A DNA stretch of 64,000 bases from an uncultured Anaerotruncus sp. (GTDB lineage: Bacteria > Bacillota > Clostridia > Oscillospirales > Ruminococcaceae), in NCBI GenBank assembly GCA_904398655.1, contig CAJFPF010000066.1, forward strand, positions 14,784 through 78,783, given 5' to 3'. Below the pieces are notes generated by a model, which had not been told where the DNA came from, did not search any database, and saw only the letters and a list, made by a program, of their open reading frames with translations. Positions 44,401 to 53,988 of the stretch are shown piece after piece; the stretch's first letter is position 1, and every line of letters begins with the position of its first letter. A program made the position numbers and the translations under genes.

Positions 44401-44767
44401 GCTGCTGGAGGACCGGGCGTCCCTGGAGGCCATGGAGCCGGGTCTGGCAGGCGTATTTATCCCCGCCCGGCAAAAAAAAGACGGACAATTTGACGCCAAC
44501 AGTTCCTTGGCGGATCTGGCCCAGATGGGGATCATCCGCCGGCAGGTGGAGAGGCTGTTGTCCGGCCTGGCCGAATCCCTTCACGGCGGGCAGATCCAGG
44601 CTGTGCCTGTCCAGCGGGAGGGCGGAAGTGCCCCAAGCATTTGCGACTGGTGCGACTACCGTTCCCTCTGTGGCCATGAGGAGGGGGACCCTGTGCGAGA
44701 GTTGGCGGAACTGGACCGGCAGGAAGCTTTAAAAGCAATGAAAGGAGAGGAGGAGGACCGTGGCTGA
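41426..44767 (+). CDS. addB: Helicase-exonuclease AddAB, subunit B
   Basis: 1113 aa. N-terminal GAAGTGKT, a RecB-type nuclease motif VVDYKSG, and a C-terminal Cys cluster CDWCDYRSLC. Confidence 0.9.
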   Translation: MLELILGAAGTGKTALLYEKLERCVSAGKRAILLVPEQASFESEKTLNRLLGPQASLSVEVLSFTRLCDRIFREYGGLAGIQLDETAKYLLMSVALEELEDQLQVYQKNRSSAAFVSTMCETIGELKTAGATPADLRRAAAGSGPALRDKLQEIALIFEVWQAMVERGYQDPDDAPLRACRRLEGTDFFAHYDVFIDGFMSFMGGEWRLISRILEGSPHVAVTFCCDELGSSHALAGAFSAVTKTAQRMVRLAREVGSQVAPPVVLREQRRFQSETLAYLARVLPQIHPEPLEETGEGVCLVSCEDVYEELEYVGAQIARLVREKGYRYREIAVIGRELDRYLLPVQTVFERYEIPFFTDLRVDIQVHPLVSGTLCALDAVRSGFETEYLLTLSKNCILGLSPLEAGALENYCYLWGVKSAAWRSDFQNHPDGMEAELSPEQAGRLQELNQTRKRLVEPLLVLRRRLDGCNGREFAAGVFGWLEQSHAVQNLQAFAQKMEPDEQKRFLDLSVQVWDLLLGILDVFGGALAEIHLPLQRYVDLLRICLASADVGMLPQTLDQVIVGEADRIRPNEPKAVFVIGANEGIFPRWSVPAGIFSASERDKLRNQGIDLLQTPENSVLFEQYFLYFALTRASQKLWVTWPIRDASGNGLSPSSFVEEIGRMLRLDFQTARTASPLDFIANEDTAYDLLTRLWGRRVPEREALRRYFCNAAPERLEHLEQNAKSRQFILADHALARSLFGEKMHLSPSRVERYYTCAFSYFCQSGLRLRPRGKVEYDPMNSGSLIHLVLEQMVRRHGGRGLGALSAEQLRREVSQLIQQELSSKIADLEGMPARFRFLFRRLVNMLVRLLQRLAAEFAQSGYQPAAFELPIGEKERVKPLHLVAADGTQVVVEGIVDRVDLFRRGEKTYVRVVDYKSGQKVFRLSDVYYGLNLQMLIYLFALCDNGGGDILPGGVLYMPAMAQMVSVPRDAPEEVVQAEQRKHLRMNGLLLEDRASLEAMEPGLAGVFIPARQKKDGQFDANSSLADLAQMGIIRRQVERLLSGLAESLHGGQIQAVPVQREGGSAPSICDWCDYRSLCGHEEGDPVRELAELDRQEALKAMKGEEEDRG

Positions 44768-47700
44768 GAGACAGTGGACACCGCAGCAGCGGGACGCCAT
44801 CGAGGCCCGCGGGGGGACGGTGTTGGTTTCAGCTGCGGCGGGCAGCGGAAAAACCGCTGTATTGGTGGAGCGTGTGATCGGCCGTATCCTGGATCAAGAG
44901 CATCCGGTGGACGCAGACCGTTTGCTGATCGCCACCTTCTCCAATGCGGCCGCCCTGGAGATGAAACAGCGGATCTCCACCCGGTTAAACGCACTTCTGG
45001 CCCAACAACCGGGGGACGCTCGCCTCCAGCGTCAGCAAGTCCTGTTGGCCCGGGCCCAGATCGGTACCATCCATGCCTTTTGCGGGAATCTGATCCGGAC
45101 CAACTTCCAGGCGTTAGGCCTGCCCTCCAACATTCGGGTGGCGGATGAAAAGGAGCTGGAAGTCCTGCGGCAGGAGTGCGCCCGGCAGGTGGTGGAGGAA
45201 TTCCATAGCAGGGAAGAGGAGCCCTTTTTGCAGCTGGTAGAGTTGCTCAGTTCCGGCCGGGATGATAGCCGGGTATTCTCCACCCTCTTTTCTCTGTATG
45301 ATTTCGTGCGTTCCCACCCCTTTTATCACCGCTGGCTAGAGGAAAAATTGGCCTTCTATAGTGATGCTGTGCGGGTGGAGGACTCCATTTGGGGCCGGAC
45401 GATCCTTTCCTACGCCGCCGATGCGCTCTCCTACGCAGTAGACATGACCCAGCGGGCGTTGGAGAAGATCCGGCGGGACGAGCGGATGACAAAAGCCTAT
45501 CAGGAGGCGTTCCAGCAGGATCTGGATCAGCTGGAGCAGCTTCAAAAAACGGTGGAAAAGGGCGGATGGGATCAGATCTGTACGCAGCTGGATGCCTTTG
45601 TCTTTGCCAAATTGCGCCCAATGCGGGGAGAGAGCAGAGAGAAGGCAGCGGTCCAGTCCCTGCGCAAGGGGGTTAAAAGCCTGATTGAGGGGCTGCGGGA
45701 AAAGCAGTTCTGCGCCACCGCCCAGGAGTTTGGGGAGGACATTGCCTTTCTGCGCCCCCTGGTGGAGCAGCTGTTTGCCCTGGCACAATCGTTTGATCGG
45801 GCATTCACCACCGCGAAACTTCAGCGCAACGCCATGGACTTCTCCGATATGGAGCAGTACGCCATCGCTCTTTTGGTCCGCCCGGAGGGAAATGGGTTCG
45901 TGCGCACCGACCTGGCCCGCCAGGTGGCGGCGGAGTATGACGAACTGTTGATCGACGAGTATCAGGACACCAATGGAGCCCAAGAGATCATCTTTCGGGC
46001 GGTTTCCCAGGGAGAGAAAAATCTCTTTATGGTGGGAGATGTGAAACAGAGCATCTATCGGTTTCGTCAGGCACGCCCGGAACTGTTCCTGGAGAAAAAA
46101 CGCCGCTACTACCCCTATGACGGTCAACATTTCCCAGCAAAAATCACTTTGGGAAAAAATTTCCGCAGCGCACCCCAGGTCACTGGCCTGGTAAATTTTC
46201 TGTTCACCCAGCTTATGAGCCACCAGGTGGGGGAGATCGATTATAACCAGGAGGAGGCACTGCAGCCGGGGGCTTCCTTTCCAGCGGGGAGCAGGGCAAC
46301 CTGTGAAGTGCGGGTGCTGGATCTGTCCTGCAACGATGAAAAAACGGATAAGGTTGTCCTGGAGGCCCGGGAAGTAGCGGGACAGGTGGCAGAACTGCTG
46401 GAACGGGGAGAGCTGGTGACCGACGGCGGTATCCTGCGCAAAATCCGTCCCTCAGATATCTGTATCCTGTTGCGCTCTCCCGCCCGGAAGGCCCGGATCT
46501 ATCTGGACGCTCTGGCCGCTCGGGGAATTCCGGTGTGGGCAGAGACCAAAAGCGGATTCCTCACCACCCGGGAGGTGGCGCCGGTTGTGGCGCTGCTGCG
46601 AACGCTGGGAAATCCCCTGCGGGACATTGATTTGACAGCGGCCATGCTCTCCCCGCTTTTTGAATTTACCGCGGACGAGATGGCGGCCATCCGTTTAGAA
46701 GATCGGCGGGCACCTTTTTATAGGGCGGTTGTGATGCATGCCCAACGAGGGGATTCTCACTGCCAGATGTTTTTGGAGCGATTTGGCCGGTTGCGCCGGG
46801 AGGCGGCAGTCTCCACGGCGGACCAGGTGATCCGCAGGATCTATACCCTCTGCGACTATCTGGGGAAAATACATGTGATGGGGATGGGGGATGCCCGACG
46901 GGCCAACCTGCTTCAGCTGGTGGAGTATGCCTACCAGTACCACCAGAGTGGTTATAAAGGGCTCGGCGGCTTTGTTAACTTTGTGGATCAGCTGTTGGAG
47001 CGGCAGGGAGATTTCACCCCCGCCGCTACCCTTTCCGAGCAGGCGGACGTGGTAAGAGTAATGAGTATCCATCGTTCCAAGGGGCTGGAATTCCCAGTGG
47101 TATTTCTCTGTGACTGCGCAAAGCCGTTCAACCGGGAGGACCTCAATGGGAACACGCTGCTCCACTCGGAGTTGGGGTTTGCCTGCGTGCGCCGGGACTT
47201 TGAACAGATGAGGCAGTACACCACCATCCCCATGCAGGCGGTGCGTCTAGAGCTGGAGCGTTCCATGCTGTCGGAGGAGCTGAGGATGCTCTATGTGGCG
47301 CTCACACGGGCGAAAGAGCGCCTGATCCTCACTGGTGCGGTCAATCGGCCAGGGGAAAAGATGGCGGCTCTGGTAGCTGACCTGGACGAACATGGGAAAC
47401 TTCCCTCCTATCTCGTGCGAGGGGCCTCCTCCTATCTGGATTGGGTTTTGATGGCGTTGGCCCATCATCCGGGCTTTGGGGAGCAGCTATCCCAATGGGG
47501 GATTGTGTCTCCCCGCCCTTTGGCCGAGTCCCCCGAAGTGAATTTTACACTGGTGCAGGGGGGACGTTCTCAAGAGCCGCCGCTTCCATCTCCCCCGGAG
47601 GTGGACTTTTCGGAGGTGGCTGCCCTGGAAGAGCGGTTGTCCCAGAAGCTAAATTGGGTGTACCCCCAAAAAGCCCTCACCCGAGTACCCACCAAACTGG

Positions 47701-48305
47701 CGGTTTCCCAGATTGCGAAAGAGGAATTGGCCCGTACCCACCGGTTTGCCAGCCGCCCTGCTTTTTTACAGCGGGATGGACTCACCGGCGCCCAAAAGGG
47801 GAACGCGCTGCACAAGTTTATGCAGTTCTCCGACTACAGGAGGGCGGCCCAGGATATCCAGTCTGAGTTGGAGCGGATGGAGCGTTTGGGATTTTTGACG
47901 TCACAAGAGGTCGCTTCCATCGATCCGGTCCGTTTGGAGGCATTCTTTCAAGGCCCGCTGGCGGGACGGATCTTCCGTTCCCCCAAAGTGTGGCGGGAGC
48001 TGCGGTTTCTCTCCCGTGTCGACCAAGAGATGCTGGGGCCGTACACCGATTTGCTCCGAGAAGGAGGAGAGACAGTGGTGCAGGGGGTGGCGGACTGTGT
48101 CTTTTTAGAGGATGGGCAGGCGGTGGTGGTGGACTACAAAAGCGATCAAGTCCAGCGGCCGGAGCAGCTTTTGGAGCGCTATCGGGTACAGCTGGAGCTC
48201 TATCGGAAGCTGCTGGGGGAGACGTTGGCCGTCCCGGTGAAGGAGTGTGTCATCTACTCCTTCGCTTTGAACCAGGAGATCCAAGTCGAAAGGGGACGCC
48301 TATGA
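44760..48305 (+). CDS. addA: Helicase-exonuclease AddAB, subunit A
   Basis: 1181 aa. UvrD-like motifs AAAGSGKT, DEYQDTN and MSIHRSKGLEF, plus a C-terminal nuclease with VVVDYKSD. Confidence 0.9.
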   Translation: MAERQWTPQQRDAIEARGGTVLVSAAAGSGKTAVLVERVIGRILDQEHPVDADRLLIATFSNAAALEMKQRISTRLNALLAQQPGDARLQRQQVLLARAQIGTIHAFCGNLIRTNFQALGLPSNIRVADEKELEVLRQECARQVVEEFHSREEEPFLQLVELLSSGRDDSRVFSTLFSLYDFVRSHPFYHRWLEEKLAFYSDAVRVEDSIWGRTILSYAADALSYAVDMTQRALEKIRRDERMTKAYQEAFQQDLDQLEQLQKTVEKGGWDQICTQLDAFVFAKLRPMRGESREKAAVQSLRKGVKSLIEGLREKQFCATAQEFGEDIAFLRPLVEQLFALAQSFDRAFTTAKLQRNAMDFSDMEQYAIALLVRPEGNGFVRTDLARQVAAEYDELLIDEYQDTNGAQEIIFRAVSQGEKNLFMVGDVKQSIYRFRQARPELFLEKKRRYYPYDGQHFPAKITLGKNFRSAPQVTGLVNFLFTQLMSHQVGEIDYNQEEALQPGASFPAGSRATCEVRVLDLSCNDEKTDKVVLEAREVAGQVAELLERGELVTDGGILRKIRPSDICILLRSPARKARIYLDALAARGIPVWAETKSGFLTTREVAPVVALLRTLGNPLRDIDLTAAMLSPLFEFTADEMAAIRLEDRRAPFYRAVVMHAQRGDSHCQMFLERFGRLRREAAVSTADQVIRRIYTLCDYLGKIHVMGMGDARRANLLQLVEYAYQYHQSGYKGLGGFVNFVDQLLERQGDFTPAATLSEQADVVRVMSIHRSKGLEFPVVFLCDCAKPFNREDLNGNTLLHSELGFACVRRDFEQMRQYTTIPMQAVRLELERSMLSEELRMLYVALTRAKERLILTGAVNRPGEKMAALVADLDEHGKLPSYLVRGASSYLDWVLMALAHHPGFGEQLSQWGIVSPRPLAESPEVNFTLVQGGRSQEPPLPSPPEVDFSEVAALEERLSQKLNWVYPQKALTRVPTKLAVSQIAKEELARTHRFASRPAFLQRDGLTGAQKGNALHKFMQFSDYRRAAQDIQSELERMERLGFLTSQEVASIDPVRLEAFFQGPLAGRIFRSPKVWRELRFLSRVDQEMLGPYTDLLREGGETVVQGVADCVFLEDGQAVVVDYKSDQVQRPEQLLERYRVQLELYRKLLGETLAVPVKECVIYSFALNQEIQVERGRL

Positions 48306-48323
48306 AAATTTCCCCGGGAGGGG

Positions 48324-48352
48324 TTGACACATGGGGCCTTCCATGGTAAAAT
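48324..48352 (+). promoter_or_regulatory. Sigma-A promoter of the infC-rpmI-rplT operon
   Basis: TTGACA (48324-48329), a 17-nt spacer, then TAAAAT (48347-48352). Confidence 0.6.
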
Positions 48353-48519
48353 AGATCGGTAAACAAAGTAGAGCAGTTTCTGTTCTCACCTCGCCGGAAC
48401 CGTTCCGGCTGGTCAATACAGGTTGCGCGAAAGTGCGGCGATGTAGTTGAACGAGCGTGGGTGGATTCTGCCTGCGCTCGTATTGTTTTACGTCATAATC
48501 GGTTTTGGAGGTGTTTTGT
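48353..48519 (+). promoter_or_regulatory. Structured 5-prime leader, probable L20 leader with an attenuator hairpin
   Basis: A leader of about 165 nt upstream of infC. Hairpin ACGAGCG..CGCTCGT (48451-48481, extendable) is followed by ATTGTTTTA. Position and architecture fit the Firmicute L20 autoregulatory leader. Confidence 0.55.
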
Positions 48520-49065
48520 ATTAGCAGCAAGGAAATGCTCATCAATGAGGAGATTCGGGACAAAGAGGTTCGCCTCATCGGCCCTGACGGGGAGCAGCTG
48601 GGGATCATGCCGCTGGCCTCCGCCCAGAATATGGCGATTGAGAAAAATCTTGACCTGGTGAAGATTGCTCCTCAGGCCACTCCTCCCGTCTGCAAGATCA
48701 TGGACTACGGCAAATATAAGTTCGAGCAGGCCAAACGGGAGAAGGAAGCCCGGAAAAATCAAAAGGTGATCGAAATCAAAGAGGTCCGCCTCTCCCTGAA
48801 CATCGATACCAACGATTTTAACACAAAGGCCAACCGCGCCATCAAGTTTCTGGAGTCTGGGGACAAGGTGAAGGTGTCTTTGCGTTTCCGCGGCCGTGAG
48901 ATGGCGCATCCCGAGCTGGGGACAAACATCATGAAGCGGTTCATTGACGCAGTGGCCGCAGCTGGCTCCGTGGAAAAGGTGCCCAAGATGGAGGGGCGCA
49001 GCATGGTCATGTTCATCGCTCCAAAGCCCGCAACCACTACAAAGGGAGGAAATAAAAATGCCTAA
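48520..49065 (+). CDS. infC: Translation initiation factor IF-3
   Basis: [28 protein letters not shown]. The probable start is ATT at 48520, 6 nt after GGAGGTG. The track offers TTG 48505. Confidence 0.9.
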   Translation: MSSKEMLINEEIRDKEVRLIGPDGEQLGIMPLASAQNMAIEKNLDLVKIAPQATPPVCKIMDYGKYKFEQAKREKEARKNQKVIEIKEVRLSLNIDTNDFNTKANRAIKFLESGDKVKVSLRFRGREMAHPELGTNIMKRFIDAVAAAGSVEKVPKMEGRSMVMFIAPKPATTTKGGNKNA

Positions 49066-49255
49066 GATCAAGACCCATTCCGGTGCAAAAAAGCGTTTCA
49101 ACCTCACCAAAAGCGGTAAGGTGAAACGGGCTCGCGCCTATAAATCCCATATCCTCACCAAAAAGGATACCAAGCGGACTCGCCGGTTGCGCCACAGCAC
49201 CTATGCTGATAAGACCAATGTGGCGAATATCAAACTGATGATCCCCTATAAATAA
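49058..49255 (+). CDS. rpmI: 50S ribosomal protein L35
   Basis: [33 protein letters not shown]. The ATG at 49058 follows AGGGAGGAAATAAAA and overlaps the end of infC. Confidence 0.95.
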   Translation: MPKIKTHSGAKKRFNLTKSGKVKRARAYKSHILTKKDTKRTRRLRHSTYADKTNVANIKLMIPYK

Positions 49256-49298
49256 TCAATTCGGATAATCAATCGGACGAAGACGGAGGTAAAGAGAT

Positions 49299-49652
49299 AT
49301 GGCTCGTATTAAGGGCGCAATGATGACCCGTAAAAGAAGAAAAAAGACCCTGAAGCTTGCGAAAGGCTACTTTGGCGCAAAGAGCAAGCTCTTTAAAATG
49401 GCCAAACAGCAGGTGATGAAGTCCGGAAATTACGCTTTCATCGGCCGTAAGCAGAAGAAGCGCAATTTCCGCAGCCTGTGGATCACCCGCATCTCCGCGG
49501 CCTGCCGCATGAACGGCATCAACTACAGCACCTTCATGAACGGGTTGAAGAAGGCCGGCGTGGAGCTCAACCGGAAGATGCTTTCCGAAATCGCCATCAA
49601 CGACGCCCCTGCGTTTGCCGCGCTGGTGGAGAAGGCGAAGGCTGCTCTCTAA
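49299..49652 (+). CDS. rplT: 50S ribosomal protein L20
   Basis: [33 protein letters not shown]. Confidence 0.95.
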   Translation: MARIKGAMMTRKRRKKTLKLAKGYFGAKSKLFKMAKQQVMKSGNYAFIGRKQKKRNFRSLWITRISAACRMNGINYSTFMNGLKKAGVELNRKMLSEIAINDAPAFAALVEKAKAAL

Positions 49653-49666
49653 TATTGGATTTTCCT

Positions 49667-49697
49667 TACGCCCGCAGTCTCTGACGCGGGCGTATTT
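49667..49697 (+). terminator. Rho-independent terminator after rplT
   Basis: Stem TACGCCCGC / GCGGGCGTA with a 10-nt loop, followed by TTTG. Confidence 0.65.
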
Positions 49698-49745
49698 GCT
49701 ATCTTACCCGGCTGGGATGGCCGCCGGGCTCTGAGGAGGGGCGCT

Positions 49746-50552
49746 ATGCGCGAAAAGGAGATCCTCTCCCGGGAAAATCCGTCGGTCAAGCGCTATGTGG
49801 CGCTGGCCGCTTCCCGGGGGGAGCGCAGAAAGCAGGGGCTGTTTGTCACCGAGGGGATCAAGCTGACCCAGGAGGCGCTGGAGGCTGGCTATGTTCCGGT
49901 GGAGTTGCTGGTAACCCGGGAGTCCTGGGAAAAGGCCGCCAAAAGGTTGTCCCGATACCTGGGCCGAGTGGAATACCTCTGCTGGATTTCCCCCTCTGTG
50001 GAGAAAAAGTTGGCGGATGCGATAGCCCCCCAGGGGGTGTTCGGCGTTTTCCGCCAGCTTGACAAAGGAGCACAACCTGTTAAAATAAGCAATAATGGGC
50101 GGTATCTTCTGCTGGACGCTTTACAGGATCCCGGGAACCTGGGGACGATCCTGCGCACAGCGGCCGCCTTTGGCTTGGATGGCATTTTTCTTTCAGATAA
50201 CTGCCCGGACCCATTTGGCCCCAAGGTGCTGCGCGCCTCCATGGGAGGTGTGTTCAAACTGCCAATCGAACCCGTGGCAGAGATGGGGGCATTGGTTGAA
50301 CAACTGCGGGCCGCTGGGGTGGAAACCTATGCGGCGGCCCTGCGATCTGAAGCGTTGCCACCCCAACGGCTTCCCCGGAAGGGTGGCTGTGCAGTGCTCA
50401 TTGGCAATGAAGGGAATGGACTGCCGGAGGCACTCATACGCCTCTGCACCCACACGGTCATGATCCCCATGGAACCGGGCAACGAGTCGCTCAATGCCGC
50501 AATGGCCACGGGGATTTTGCTATGGGAGCTCTATCGGGACAGGAGAGATTGA
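49746..50552 (+). CDS. TrmH/SpoU-family RNA 2-prime-O-methyltransferase
   Basis: 268 aa with DPGNLGTILRTAAAFG, LIGNEGNGL and SLNAAMATGILL. Confidence 0.85.
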   Translation: MREKEILSRENPSVKRYVALAASRGERRKQGLFVTEGIKLTQEALEAGYVPVELLVTRESWEKAAKRLSRYLGRVEYLCWISPSVEKKLADAIAPQGVFGVFRQLDKGAQPVKISNNGRYLLLDALQDPGNLGTILRTAAAFGLDGIFLSDNCPDPFGPKVLRASMGGVFKLPIEPVAEMGALVEQLRAAGVETYAAALRSEALPPQRLPRKGGCAVLIGNEGNGLPEALIRLCTHTVMIPMEPGNESLNAAMATGILLWELYRDRRD

Positions 50553-50566
50553 GACGGGGTGACAAC

Positions 50567-51802
50567 ATGACTGACCCGCGGTTTTGGATTTGGTTACAAG
50601 AGGCCCTGGGAATTGGAAGCCACAAGGTCGACCGGGTGTTGCGCCAATTTGGCTCCCCGGAGCCACTCTACCAAATGGATCAGGAAGCGCTTTTGGATAC
50701 GGGGATCTTTACCCCAAAGGAGGCTGCCAACCTGCGGTTGGTCACGCTGGAGCACGCCCAAAAACAGGTGGAGCTGGCGAAACGGTATGGTTGTAGGATC
50801 CTTACCCCGGATCAGGCGGAATTTCCTGAAAACCTGACAAATATGGATGGGATCCCCTGTGTATTATATGTACTGGGCGACCTGTCCAAGCTGGCCGACC
50901 GACCGTCCCTCTGCCTGGTGGGTACCCGGCGCGCCACCTCCTATGGCGAGCGGACGGCACGAGATCTGTCCCGGGAGCTGGCTGCCGCGGGGTGTGCCGT
51001 AGTCAGCGGGCTGGCCGTGGGGATCGATAGCGCCGCCCATGAGGGCGCTCTGGAGGTGGAGGGCTATACCATCGGCCTGTTGGCCTGCGGGATGAATGTC
51101 AACTATCCAATGGCAAGTGCCCAGCTCAAACGCCGAATCCTGGATGGGGGAGGCGCGCTGGTCACAGAGTTCCCCTTCGGTTTCCATTCCTCCCGGTATG
51201 CTTTTTATACCCGAAACCGCCTGCTCTCAGGAATTTCATCGGGGGTGGTGGTGATCCAGGCCCCGGAAAGCAGCGGCGCTTTAATCACTGCCCGCTATGC
51301 CTTAGACCAGAGCCGGGATGTGTTCGCGGTGCCCGGCGAGATGGGGGACGAGAGCATGAAGGGCTGCAACCGGCTGATTGCGGATGGCGCCGTTTTGGTG
51401 CAGAACGCGGAAAGCATCCTTGCAGAGTATCGTTCCCGTTTTCCCGGTTTGAAACAGCCAGGAAGGCGAGAAAAATGGTCCATCCCTGCCGACCATTTGG
51501 AACAGAAACGGCCCAAACGGGCGCTTCCCGCCGCAAAGACAGTAGAAACATCCATGTTACAAGTGGCGCAAGAGGCGCCAAATCCAACCACACATCAGAA
51601 GCCGGCACAATTGGAGGAAATTGCCCTCACACAGACGGCCAAAGCGCTCTATTATACTTTGGAGGCTGCCCCTTTGGACTGTGACCAACTGGTGGAGCGT
51701 ACAGGGCTGGCTGTATCGGAGATCATGTCGGCGCTCACAGAACTGGAACTAAATGACCTGGCGGAGATGCTGCCGGGCGGAAGGTTCCGAATAAAAGCTT
51801 GA
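50567..51802 (+). CDS. dprA: DNA-processing protein DprA
   Basis: ATG 50567. The protein has GTRRATSYG, SGLAVGIDSAAHEGAL and a C-terminal winged-helix-like tail. It is followed by topA, as in many Firmicutes. Confidence 0.85.
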   Translation: MTDPRFWIWLQEALGIGSHKVDRVLRQFGSPEPLYQMDQEALLDTGIFTPKEAANLRLVTLEHAQKQVELAKRYGCRILTPDQAEFPENLTNMDGIPCVLYVLGDLSKLADRPSLCLVGTRRATSYGERTARDLSRELAAAGCAVVSGLAVGIDSAAHEGALEVEGYTIGLLACGMNVNYPMASAQLKRRILDGGGALVTEFPFGFHSSRYAFYTRNRLLSGISSGVVVIQAPESSGALITARYALDQSRDVFAVPGEMGDESMKGCNRLIADGAVLVQNAESILAEYRSRFPGLKQPGRREKWSIPADHLEQKRPKRALPAAKTVETSMLQVAQEAPNPTTHQKPAQLEEIALTQTAKALYYTLEAAPLDCDQLVERTGLAVSEIMSALTELELNDLAEMLPGGRFRIKA

Positions 51803-51852
51803 GAATTCAGCAAATTTGCTTTTGGATAGAATATTTCTTGTAGAGAGGATGG

Positions 51853-53988
51853 TTGTTGTTGTCCAATCTCGTGATTGTGGAGTCGCCCGCCAAGGCGAAA
51901 ACCATCAAAAAATACCTGGGAAAGGATTATGAAGTGGTGGCCTCCATGGGGCATGTCCGTGACCTGCCCAAAAGCCGCCTGGGGGTAGATCCGGAGAACG
52001 GATTTGCGCCGCAATATGTGGATATCAAAGGGAAGGAGGACCTGATCCGGGATCTGAAGAAGGCGGCAAAGAAGAGCGACTTTGTCTATCTTGCCACCGA
52101 CCCGGACCGGGAGGGGGAGGCCATCTCCTGGCATCTGGCCCAGATGCTGGGGGTGGATATGAACCAAAAGAACCGGGTCACCTTCAATGAGATCACCAAA
52201 AGCGGTGTCCGGCATGGGATGGAGAATCCCCGGGTGATCGATCAGAAGCTGGTGGACGCCCAACAGGCCCGCCGGATCCTCGACCGGATTGTGGGCTATA
52301 AGCTCAGCCCATTTTTGTGGCGCAAGGTACGGAAGGGCCTCTCGGCCGGGCGGGTGCAGTCGGTGGCCGTCCGGATCATTATGGACCGGGAGGAGGAAAT
52401 CCGGGCGTTTAAACAGCAGGAATATTGGAGCATTGATGCCAAGCTGACCGCGAAAGGCTATGCCAAAAAGCCGTTCCCCGCCAAGCTCTATTCCATCGAC
52501 GGCAATAAGCTGGAGCTCTGCGGCATCCCTGACGAAAAGAGTGCCCAAGCGATTGTAGAGGACCTGAATGGCGCGTCCTATACCGTTTCCAATGTGAAAA
52601 AGGGTGTGCGCCGCAAATCCCCGGCCCCTCCGTTCATCACCTCCACCCTTCAGCAGGAGGCCTCCCGGCGGCTGGGATACCAGTCCCGCCGGACGATGAA
52701 GATTGCCCAGGAGCTGTACGAGGGCGTGGAAATCCAGGGGATCGGCGCTGTGGGCCTGATCACTTACATGCGTACCGACAGCCTGCGTATTTCGGATGAG
52801 GCCGCCAGCCAGGCAGAGGAATATATCACCCAAACCTATGGGAAGGAGTACCTTCCCAGCTCCCGCCGGGTATTCAAAAGCAAAAAGGGCGCCCAGGATG
52901 CCCATGAGGCGATCCGTCCCGCCGATCCCATGCTCACTCCCGACCGGGTGAAACCGGATTTGACCCCGGAACAATATAAACTCTACCGGCTGATTTGGGA
53001 GCGGTTTATTGCCAGCCAGATGGCCAATGCCCTTTTGGACACAGTGGCGGTGGACATTTCTGCTGGGAAGTATCTGTTCAAATCCTCCGGTTTCACGGTG
53101 CGGTTTGATGGCTTTACCGTCCTCTATGAGGAGATCAAGGATGACGGGGATGAAAATACGGCTGCCCTGCCGCCTCTGGAGACAGGAAATGTCCTGACCC
53201 TGCGGGAGTTGACCCCCAACCAGCATTTCACCCAGCCTCCTGCGCGGTATACAGAGGCCTCTTTGATTAAAACGCTGGAGGAGAAGGGGATCGGCCGCCC
53301 CTCCACCTATGCGCCCACCATCACCACCATCCTGGCCCGCAACTATGTGGAACGGGATGGGAAGTCCCTGAAGCCCACCGCTCTGGGAGAGGTGATCACC
53401 AAGCTGATGGAGGAACAGTTCCCGAAGATTGTGGATGTACACTTTACCGCCGACATGGAGAAGGAACTGGACGACGTGGAGGACGGGGATGAGAGCTACG
53501 CCCATATGCTCTCCCAGTTCTATGGCCCGTTTATGGACTCTTTGGAGAAGGCGGAGAAAAATATGGACGGCACCAGGGTGAAGGTCCCGGACGAGGAGAC
53601 CGATGTGATCTGTGAACTCTGCGGCCGCAAGATGGTGATTAAAACCGGCCGGTTTGGCAAGTTCTTGGCCTGCCCCGGATTTCCGGAGTGCCGCAATACC
53701 AAAAAAATCGTCCAGGAGACAGGGGGCCTCTGCCCTCTCTGCGGCGGAAAGATCCTGGCCAAGAAATCCCAGAAGGGGCGGGGATACTATGGCTGTGAAC
53801 ACAACCCCACCTGTGGGTTTATGACCTGGGATAAACCGTTGGAGGAGACCTGTCCCAAGTGCGGCTCCACCCTCTTCCGCAAGGCGGGACGGGGCGGCAT
53901 GATCCATTGCTTGAAAGAGGGATGCGGGTACTCCAGACCTTTGGATAAAAAGACCTCCAAATCGGAGGAGAAGGATGGACAGGAATGA
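51853..53988 (+). CDS. topA: DNA topoisomerase I
   Basis: 711 aa with LVIVESPAKAKTIKKYLG, TDPDREGEAISWH and three C-terminal Cys4 zinc ribbons. The start is one of three TTG codons at 51853-51861. Confidence 0.95.
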   Translation: MLLSNLVIVESPAKAKTIKKYLGKDYEVVASMGHVRDLPKSRLGVDPENGFAPQYVDIKGKEDLIRDLKKAAKKSDFVYLATDPDREGEAISWHLAQMLGVDMNQKNRVTFNEITKSGVRHGMENPRVIDQKLVDAQQARRILDRIVGYKLSPFLWRKVRKGLSAGRVQSVAVRIIMDREEEIRAFKQQEYWSIDAKLTAKGYAKKPFPAKLYSIDGNKLELCGIPDEKSAQAIVEDLNGASYTVSNVKKGVRRKSPAPPFITSTLQQEASRRLGYQSRRTMKIAQELYEGVEIQGIGAVGLITYMRTDSLRISDEAASQAEEYITQTYGKEYLPSSRRVFKSKKGAQDAHEAIRPADPMLTPDRVKPDLTPEQYKLYRLIWERFIASQMANALLDTVAVDISAGKYLFKSSGFTVRFDGFTVLYEEIKDDGDENTAALPPLETGNVLTLRELTPNQHFTQPPARYTEASLIKTLEEKGIGRPSTYAPTITTILARNYVERDGKSLKPTALGEVITKLMEEQFPKIVDVHFTADMEKELDDVEDGDESYAHMLSQFYGPFMDSLEKAEKNMDGTRVKVPDEETDVICELCGRKMVIKTGRFGKFLACPGFPECRNTKKIVQETGGLCPLCGGKILAKKSQKGRGYYGCEHNPTCGFMTWDKPLEETCPKCGSTLFRKAGRGGMIHCLKEGCGYSRPLDKKTSKSEEKDGQE

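Noticed and set aside
41426-51802. Whether addAB or dprA could be part of a defence or mobile system.
   Set aside because: They are standard housekeeping recombination and transformation genes in their usual core context (dprA-topA-trmFO). No nuclease, methylase, integrase or toxin partners flank them.
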